Positions 57,857 through 64,000 of a stretch of DNA of 64,000 bases are shown here, in pieces. Numbering within the stretch: the stretch's first letter is position 1; each line of letters begins with the position of its first letter. The stretch spans positions 111,408 through 175,407 of the forward strand of contig JBMNKK010000003.1 in the NCBI GenBank assembly GCA_050952125.1. The letters are read 5' to 3'. Below the pieces are notes generated by a model that saw nothing but the letters and a program-made list of their open reading frames with translations, was not told the origin of the DNA and did no database searches. A program made the position numbers and the translations under genes. The stretch comes from Bacillota bacterium. Lineage in GTDB: Bacteria; Bacillota; Sulfobacillia; Fermentithermobacillales; Fermentithermobacillaceae.

Positions 57857-58342
57857 CTATTCCCGGTCGCCCCATCTGTAGTTTCGAAGCACCGAGTATA
57901 TGGACTCGGTTCCGAAACCTCTCCTCTGAAGCCACCGGTAGAGCCGCTCGCGTTCTTTTTCTCTTACGGGTCCGCTGCTCTTCCCGTTCAGATACTTCCT
58001 GGCGGCCAGAGAAGCCATTTCGGCTTCACTGGCGCTCTCAAACGTTTCGTTAACCACAGACTCGACTAGGTCTCTATCAAAGAGCCTCTTGGAGAGCTCG
58101 TACCGGGCCCTCCTTCTGCCGAGAGGACACTCCGCAATCATTGAGCGGAGTATATCTCTAGCATAACCTCGGTCATCAAGATATCCCCACTCGGTAAGCT
58201 TTTGGAGCACGTTCTCGACCTCATCCTCCGGGTAGCCCTTTCGGCGCATCGAGTCACGCATTTGACCCGTCGACACGCGCCGCCTTGACAGGACCCCCAG
58301 AGCGTAGCCTAAAGGACTACGCTTTTCGCCCTTGTCCGGCAT
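57857..58342 (-). CDS. recX: regulatory protein RecX
   Basis: GYLDD...YA, G..R.RYEL, LQRRGF; start overlaps the recA stop. Confidence 0.88.
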   Translation of the reverse strand: MPDKGEKRSPLGYALGVLSRRRVSTGQMRDSMRRKGYPEDEVENVLQKLTEWGYLDDRGYARDILRSMIAECPLGRRRARYELSKRLFDRDLVESVVNETFESASEAEMASLAARKYLNGKSSGPVREKERERLYRWLQRRGFGTESIYSVLRNYRWGDRE

Positions 58343-59379
58343 TAGGCGTTATCCGCTTCCACCTGATCTGAAGCGCCTTCTGCTCTCAGCGCTCCGGCTC
58401 TTAGCGATTCACGGATCTTCTTCTCAGCTTCAGCAGCCACGTCGGAATGCTCCTTAAGGAACGTCCGAGCGGCTTCCTTTCCCTGCCCCAGCCTGGTATC
58501 ACCGTACGAATACCATGTGCCGGTCTTCGTTATTACGTTGTGGGCGACACCCACATCGAGGAGACAGCCCTCTCGGGAAATCCCCTCGCCGAAGATGATG
58601 TCAAATTCGGCTTGCTTAAAGGGCGGAGCCAGCTTGTTTTTCACTACCCTCACGCGGGTCCTGGCTCCGATAGTGTCTTGACCTTGCTTGATGTTCTCAA
58701 CTCTCCGGACGTCAAGTCGCACGGATGAATAGAACTTCAAGGCTCTCCCTCCAGGAGTGACTTCGGGGTTGCCGAACATGATCCCGACCTTCTCGCGGAG
58801 TTGGTTGATGAACACGGCCGTCGAATTTGACTTGGAAATGACTGCGGTGAGCTTCCTCAGCGCTTGCGACATGAGGCGTGCCTGAAGACCTACGTGGGCG
58901 TCTCCCATCTCGCCCTCGATCTCAGCTCTTGGCGCAAGTGCGGCGACCGAATCAACGACGATGCAGTCGACCGCGCCAGACCTCACAAGCGCATCGACTA
59001 TCTCCAGAGCCTGCTCTCCGGTATCCGGTTGAGAGATGAGGAGGTTGTCGACGTCAACGCCTATGCGGCGCGCGTAGACCGGGTCCAGCGCGTGTTCGGC
59101 GTCAACGTATGCGGAAATACCCCCGGCCTTCTGCGATTCAGCGATAATGTGCAGCGCAACGGTGGTTTTTCCCGACCCTTCGGGGCCGTATATCTCTATG
59201 ACTCTGCCCCTAGGAATGCCTCCTACACCTAAGGCGATATCCAGTGCCAGGGCGCCGGTGGGTATCACTTCGACGGCCATCTTGTGGGCCGCCTCGCCCC
59301 ACCTCATAATGGATCCCTTACCAAACTGCTTTTCTATCTGCGCGACTGCAAGCTCGAGTGCCTTTTCCTTTTCGAGCAT
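58342..59379 (-). CDS. recA: recombinase RecA
   Basis: [49 protein letters not shown]. Confidence 0.98.
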   Translation of the reverse strand: MLEKEKALELAVAQIEKQFGKGSIMRWGEAAHKMAVEVIPTGALALDIALGVGGIPRGRVIEIYGPEGSGKTTVALHIIAESQKAGGISAYVDAEHALDPVYARRIGVDVDNLLISQPDTGEQALEIVDALVRSGAVDCIVVDSVAALAPRAEIEGEMGDAHVGLQARLMSQALRKLTAVISKSNSTAVFINQLREKVGIMFGNPEVTPGGRALKFYSSVRLDVRRVENIKQGQDTIGARTRVRVVKNKLAPPFKQAEFDIIFGEGISREGCLLDVGVAHNVITKTGTWYSYGDTRLGQGKEAARTFLKEHSDVAAEAEKKIRESLRAGALRAEGASDQVEADNA

Positions 59380-59429
59380 CTATTTAACCTCCTGATGTCG
59401 CCACGTCCCTGGCAGCACCTTCCTACTAG

Positions 59430-59480
59430 AGTATAGCACCACGCCCTCGCACCCACAATCAAATAGGGTACGCGTGTTCG
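59430..59480 (-). promoter_or_regulatory. recA sigA promoter with upstream SOS box
   Basis: Minus strand CGAAC-ACGC-GTACC (59467-59480), then TTGTGG-N17-TATACT with TG extension. Confidence 0.7.
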
Positions 59481-59500
59481 CCATCTTTCTTAGGAGCGAG

Positions 59501-60118
59501 CTATTCTCTCAGTTCCACACGAGCTACCGGAGTGTACGCGGGTCCTTGCCGGTGGAGCACGCTCTCCATAAGCAGGACTTCACGCACTTCCCACTCGACC
59601 TGCCCTCTACTCACTTCGAGGAAGTGCATGTAAGAATCCTCCCATGAAGAACGGATATTCGTGGTGTTCTGGCCTCGCCCGGAAAAACCCTGCCTATTGC
59701 GGGCCCTGCCGAGAGTGACGTGGGGTACGAAGGGTTTCGGATCGGAGTATCCCAATGAACGGAAGTTTCTCCGGACTCTGTCTGCCAATGCGCGCAGGCT
59801 CTCTGCTCCCTGGGTTACCGCTATGTGCAGGATTCGGGGCGCTCCCCTTTCGGGGAATCCGCCGGCCCTCCGGCACCCCAAGCGAAAAGGGGGTACACCG
59901 CGGGCAGCGGAAGACACTGCTTCTTTGAGGGACGGCAACAAACTCCTAGGCACATCTCCAAGGAACTGCAGTGTTATGTGGAGGTTCTCGGACGCACCGA
60001 AGCGGTAATCCGGGAAAAGGTCTCCGGCGTGCGCAATGAAGGAATCTAGAAGGGCCTTGACCTCATCGGAAACCGGCACCGCTGCAAAGCACCGGAAGGT
60101 GTCGTCGAAAGCGTCCAT
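59501..60118 (-). CDS. thpR: RNA 2',3'-cyclic phosphodiesterase (2H family)
   Basis: RCFAAV, LHITLQFLG and FVPHVTLGR (two HxT motifs), LMES...Y. Confidence 0.9.
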   Translation of the reverse strand: MDAFDDTFRCFAAVPVSDEVKALLDSFIAHAGDLFPDYRFGASENLHITLQFLGDVPRSLLPSLKEAVSSAARGVPPFRLGCRRAGGFPERGAPRILHIAVTQGAESLRALADRVRRNFRSLGYSDPKPFVPHVTLGRARNRQGFSGRGQNTTNIRSSWEDSYMHFLEVSRGQVEWEVREVLLMESVLHRQGPAYTPVARVELRE

Positions 60119-61374
60119 TACCGTTCACCTAAGCTGCTGAGATATCTCCAGAGCGTGGCGAGTGCTCTCGCTGCCCCGTACTCCTTGACAGCTGTCCGGG
60201 AACCGCCGTACACGACCCGGTCAACTGAGGAACCGCCCTCGTACGCCACTGCAGTGTAGACAGTCCCTACGGGTTCGCGTTCGGTGCCTCCTGTAGGCCC
60301 GGCAAATCCGGTTGTCGCGACGCCGATCTTGGCTCCTGCAAGTTCCCTTACTCCCTGCGCCATCGCTACCGCCGCGTCCGCATTGACGGCTTCCTCCTCC
60401 AGGACCGCCTCTCTTGGGACTCCGAGGCAGGTTGCCTTGATAGCAGGGTGGTATGCCACTACGCCCATCTTGAAGTAGCGTGAGCTGCCGGCAACCGACG
60501 TTATCCTGTGCGCGAGCAGGCCGCCAGTGACCGACTCGGCTACCGCCAGAGTAAGGCCTCTCCGGGCCAAGAGCTGTCCGCACACGGATTCCAGTGTGTC
60601 GGAGTCGGCGCCGTAGATGTGATGGCCCAGGCGGCGCTTGACTTCAGTCTCGACTGAAGAAACCATACGCCTCGCTTCAGCAGGATCGGTGCTTCGGGCC
60701 GCGATCCTGAGCCGTATCTCCCCGCCGCCGGCGTACGGCGCGAGGGTTGGATTGGGACTATCCATGAGATCCTTGACGGCCTCCCCCACTTTCGATTCGG
60801 GAAGCCCGACCATCTTAAGGTTCTTAATGTGCAACGGAATGAGGTCGCCGAACGTGCGGCGGATGAGCGGCAGAAGGCTTTCTTCGAGCATCGGGCGCAT
60901 TTCACGGGGCGGCCCGGGAAGTACCGCTGCCATCTTGCCGTCCAAGACGATAGCCTGACCCGGCGCGGTGCCGTTGCGGTTTATGAGAGGCACTCCGCCG
61001 CGGATGATCATGGCTTGCTTCTTGTCTGACTCCGAAGGCTGCCTGCCCCTTCGCTCGAACCACTCGAGCATGCTCTGCCAGGCGCCCTCGTGGAACTCGA
61101 GAGGAAGGCCTAGGGCTGCGCCTAAGCACTCGGCGGTTATGTCGTCCGTCGTCGGGCCTAAGCCCCCTGTTGCGATCACGAGAGAGGCGCGGCCGAGGGC
61201 TTCCTTGAATGCAGCCGTAAGCCGCGCCGGATTATCTCCTAATGTGACTCTTCTATATACGAATACCCCTGTTTCTTTGAGACGGGCCGATATCTCTTGA
61301 GCGTTGGTATCGGTGATCTCACCAAGCAGGAGTTCAGTACCCACCGACAGGATCTCTGCCTGCACGGGCATCAC
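60118..61374 (-). CDS. cinA: competence/damage-inducible protein A (MoCF-like + PncC domain)
   Basis: VGTELLLGEITDTNA, GGLGPTTDD, NGTAPG, LPGPPREM, AESVTGG, TGFAGP. Confidence 0.93.
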   Translation of the reverse strand: MMPVQAEILSVGTELLLGEITDTNAQEISARLKETGVFVYRRVTLGDNPARLTAAFKEALGRASLVIATGGLGPTTDDITAECLGAALGLPLEFHEGAWQSMLEWFERRGRQPSESDKKQAMIIRGGVPLINRNGTAPGQAIVLDGKMAAVLPGPPREMRPMLEESLLPLIRRTFGDLIPLHIKNLKMVGLPESKVGEAVKDLMDSPNPTLAPYAGGGEIRLRIAARSTDPAEARRMVSSVETEVKRRLGHHIYGADSDTLESVCGQLLARRGLTLAVAESVTGGLLAHRITSVAGSSRYFKMGVVAYHPAIKATCLGVPREAVLEEEAVNADAAVAMAQGVRELAGAKIGVATTGFAGPTGGTEREPVGTVYTAVAYEGGSSVDRVVYGGSRTAVKEYGAARALATLWRYLSSLGER

Positions 61375-62927
61375 CCCCGCGCCGTAGTTTCTATCCTCGC
61401 CTTCAGTTTTCCTCTGTAAGAAGGCAGTTTACGCCATTTCCACGGGCGCGCTGCCGACTTCTCAACCAGCCTGCGGAGTTCATCTCCGGGCATGCTTTCG
61501 CTGTCCACGAGCACGTCTGCAACCCTCTCGATTTGCGCCCTATTCCTCTGAAGGATGGACGCTACCCGGTCCTGGCACCTCTGCAAGATCTCCCTCGTTG
61601 TCTTGGCAAGTGCCTCCGGGCTGGCAGTATCGCGGTCGACGACTCCCAGAGGCGACATCCCGTAAGAGACAATCCTCTTGGCGAGGTCGAGAGCTCTCTC
61701 GAAGTCGTTTGAGGCACCGGTGCTCCTTGAGCCCAGCACCGTATCTTCCGCCCCGGCGCCGGCTACGAGGATGCATATTTCCTCCTCCAGGGTCTCTCGC
61801 GGATAGATGTAGGTGTCGTCTTTGGGCGCGTGCCTCACGTATCCAAGCGCGTTCCCTCTGGGCGACACGGTCACCTGCGCGACCGAACCCGGCCGCAGGA
61901 CTTCCGATACTATAGCGTGGCCGGCTTCGTGCACCGCGACTCTCCGGAGTTCATGCGGCGAAGGCCTCCTGTCGAGTTTTTCTCCCATAAGCACCTTGTC
62001 AAGGGCTTCACTCAGGTCGGATTTGGTGATGGCGTCCGCGCCCTTCCTGAGCGCCAGGATGGCCGCCTCATTACACAGGCTCTCCAGGTGCGCGCCTGAC
62101 AGGCCGAAAGTCTCCTTCGCTATGCTCTCGATGTCCAGATCGGGCGCCACCGGCTTGTTTTTCATGTGCAGCTTGAGGATCTCCAGGCGCCCTTCCTTAT
62201 CGGGAAGGTCTACGCGGACCATCCTATCGAAGCGGCCCGGACGCTGGATCGCAGAGTCAAGGAGATCCGGCCTGTTCGTAGCGCCGATCACCAAGATGCG
62301 TATGTCGTCATCCACCCTTAGGCCGTCCATCTCGACCAAGAGCTGGTTGAGCGTCTGGTCGTATTCGAGATGCCCTACCTGGGCGCCTCGCTTTCCGGCC
62401 AGGACCTCGATCTCGTCCACAAATATGATCGCTGCCGACTTCTTCTGTTCACGCGCCAGTTTCCTGGCTTTTTCGAACAGAGAGCGCACCCTTTGGGCGC
62501 CAAGTCCCGCATAGACTTCTATGAACTCGGAGCCGGAGGTTGCTATGAAGGCCGAGTCCGTGTAGTTCGCCGCTGCCTTTGCCAGGAGGGTCTTCCCCGT
62601 ACCCGGAGGTCCCGACAGCAGAATCCCTTTGAGCGGCCTTATCCCGAGCCGCTTGGCATCGTCGTAGTTCTTGAGGAACTGCAGGGCCTCTCTGAGCTCG
62701 CGCTTCGCCACTTCCTGGCCGCCTACGTCGCCGAAAGTGATCTCGGGCCTCTGTCCCACTACCGCTCCGATTTTCTTGCGGCCGATATCGCCCAAGTGTC
62801 CCCTGGACGCGACCAAGAAGTACGTCAAGCCGCCGAGAAGGATCCAGGGCCAGACGTTAACTCCTCTAAACGTAAGGAAAGCCAGAACGCCGATACAGGA
62901 GCCGGCGATTATCTCGATGTGTTTCAA
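61371..62927 (-). CDS. short FtsH-like AAA+ zinc metalloprotease (M41)
   Basis: Two N-terminal TMs with no extracellular loop, GPPGTGKT, FVDEIE, ATNRPDLLD, RPGRFDR, HEAGH, GASND. Confidence 0.88.
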   Translation of the reverse strand: MKHIEIIAGSCIGVLAFLTFRGVNVWPWILLGGLTYFLVASRGHLGDIGRKKIGAVVGQRPEITFGDVGGQEVAKRELREALQFLKNYDDAKRLGIRPLKGILLSGPPGTGKTLLAKAAANYTDSAFIATSGSEFIEVYAGLGAQRVRSLFEKARKLAREQKKSAAIIFVDEIEVLAGKRGAQVGHLEYDQTLNQLLVEMDGLRVDDDIRILVIGATNRPDLLDSAIQRPGRFDRMVRVDLPDKEGRLEILKLHMKNKPVAPDLDIESIAKETFGLSGAHLESLCNEAAILALRKGADAITKSDLSEALDKVLMGEKLDRRPSPHELRRVAVHEAGHAIVSEVLRPGSVAQVTVSPRGNALGYVRHAPKDDTYIYPRETLEEEICILVAGAGAEDTVLGSRSTGASNDFERALDLAKRIVSYGMSPLGVVDRDTASPEALAKTTREILQRCQDRVASILQRNRAQIERVADVLVDSESMPGDELRRLVEKSAARPWKWRKLPSYRGKLKARIETTARG

Positions 62928-63460
62928 GCCCCTAGCCCTCCTTCCGTGAGCACGCGCTCAATCACTTCGTACAAGTAGCCTCCTGAGTTCGCTATCCGGA
63001 CGTAGATCCGGTCCTTATCCACAGACAGCTTGTACTCGGAGAAGCCGGCCTCACGCAGGATGTTGGATGACTCTTCGATCATTGCTCCAAAAGTGCCCCT
63101 AACAGAGGCTTCCTCAACGTAGAAGTGGATAGCGTGATAAGCTTCCTCGAGTTCGGGGGTCCTTGAATCCCTAATCTCCATACGGAACGGAGAGTTGCCA
63201 ATGTGTTGTCTCACGATTTCCTCAGCAGCACGGTAGCTCACTGCGAGATCAGGAACGCTTTTCATAGCGATCTCGACCACTGTAAGCGGACCATCCCGGC
63301 GCACGTCCACAGATTCAATGTCGCTGCTGACCAAGAGAGCTTTTGACAGAGGCTTTTTCACACCCAAATTTTCGTAGGAAGAGTAAGACAAGCTCAGCAC
63401 AGCCAGAGTAACGGCCGCTGCCAGTGCTACCCATACCCATCTGAACCCTTTGATTGGCAC
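62924..63460 (-). CDS. hypothetical protein with N-terminal membrane anchor
   Basis: GGAGGG RBS before GTG63460; single TM (WVWVALAAAVTLAVLSL); stop overlaps the FtsH-like start. Confidence 0.75.
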   Translation of the reverse strand: MPIKGFRWVWVALAAAVTLAVLSLSYSSYENLGVKKPLSKALLVSSDIESVDVRRDGPLTVVEIAMKSVPDLAVSYRAAEEIVRQHIGNSPFRMEIRDSRTPELEEAYHAIHFYVEEASVRGTFGAMIEESSNILREAGFSEYKLSVDKDRIYVRIANSGGYLYEVIERVLTEGGLGA

Positions 63461-63529
63461 TCCGTTGCCCTCCCCTTCCGCGTATTGGCGGGCATAGTGT
63501 CGCCCGGTAATAGACAAATAGTTGACATA

Positions 63530-63558
63530 ATTATACCAAGCGTCGCCGCGGAGTCCTA
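63530..63558 (-). promoter_or_regulatory. sigA promoter with extended -10
   Basis: Minus strand TAGGAC-N17-TATAAT with TGg preceding TATAAT. Confidence 0.55.
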
Positions 63559-63581
63559 TGGGAAGGTGTGGCAGATGCCCG

Positions 63582-64000
63582 CTAAAGTGCCTGGTAGACA
63601 GAGGTTTCGTGTGCGAACAGCGTCAGGACGGATGACCTGGTAACGCGAGCGCGTACGAGGCTACGCTTCGATGGAGTCGAGTCGGGCGCTACCCGGACAT
63701 AGGTTATGCCATCCACTTCGGGCGCCTGGTGAGGCCCGCGCCCGATCCAGTATCCTGGTCGCAGCGACGGCCTCTCCAACAGAACTTCTATTTCAGAGCC
63801 GACCATGGCTGCCCCGCTTTCTGCAGCGAGGCGGAGTCCGTGCCGCCTGATCCTCTCGGCCCTTTCGCGAGCTACTTCAGAGGGGATGATATCGGGCAGG
63901 TTGTACGCCGGAGTCCCTTCTTCGCGCGAGAAAGGAAACGCCCCCACTCTGTGGGCTCGGATCTCGCTCAGCAGGCTCAATGTCAGTTCAACGTCGTGAT
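63582..64000 (-). CDS. rimO: C-terminal part of ribosomal protein S12 methylthiotransferase (5' truncated by the window edge)
   Basis: VGAFPFSREEGTPA, GR...QAPEVDG, TRAM-like end; upstream of cinA-recA. Confidence 0.85.
   Translation of the reverse strand, partial: HDVELTLSLLSEIRAHRVGAFPFSREEGTPAYNLPDIIPSEVARERAERIRRHGLRLAAESGAAMVGSEIEVLLERPSLRPGYWIGRGPHQAPEVDGITYVRVAPDSTPSKRSLVRARVTRSSVLTLFAHETSVYQAL

Noticed and set aside
1-64000. rRNA, tRNA, CRISPR-Cas, prophage, integrase, intact IS or defence systems
   Set aside because: No such sequence signatures or protein motifs were seen by eye; short ncRNAs could still be missed without a covariance-model search

Overview
Chromosomal window from a GC-rich, spore-forming, flagellated Bacillota (Firmicutes, clostridia-like) genome. 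It appears to span the replication terminus: a 28-bp Xer/dif-like site lies at 6677-6704, with core genes on both sides mostly transcribed towards it. Left side (mostly +): PRK06851-type ATPase, hisC (minus strand), DUF5665-like gene, ylyA/yteA, lspA, rluD, pyrE. Right side (mostly -): rimO (partial), membrane protein plus short FtsH-like protease, cinA, thpR, recA, recX, rny, ymdB, spoVS, PHP, iscS, thiI, app-type ABC operon, miaB, mutS, mutL, miaA, hfq, spoVK, hflX, ynbB; lexA is on +. Accessory or unusual content: (i) two tandem Ami/Opp-type oligopeptide ABC operons beside dif, with diverged binding proteins and permeases but near-identical oppF copies, plus a decayed copy of the neighbouring gene's 3' end marking the duplication breakpoint; (ii) a stand-alone flagellin with a methyltransferase-GT4 fusion and a GT2-TPR protein driven by back-to-back sigma28-like promoters; (iii) several uncharacterised sporulation-type genes with recognisable sigH/E/F/G/K promoter motifs (RacA-like protein, lysine-free N/R/D-rich YHS protein, ferritin-like/LysM protein, acidic protein in the yneA position). 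I saw no rRNA, tRNA, CRISPR array, prophage or intact IS. All family calls come from motif recognition by eye; no database searches were run.
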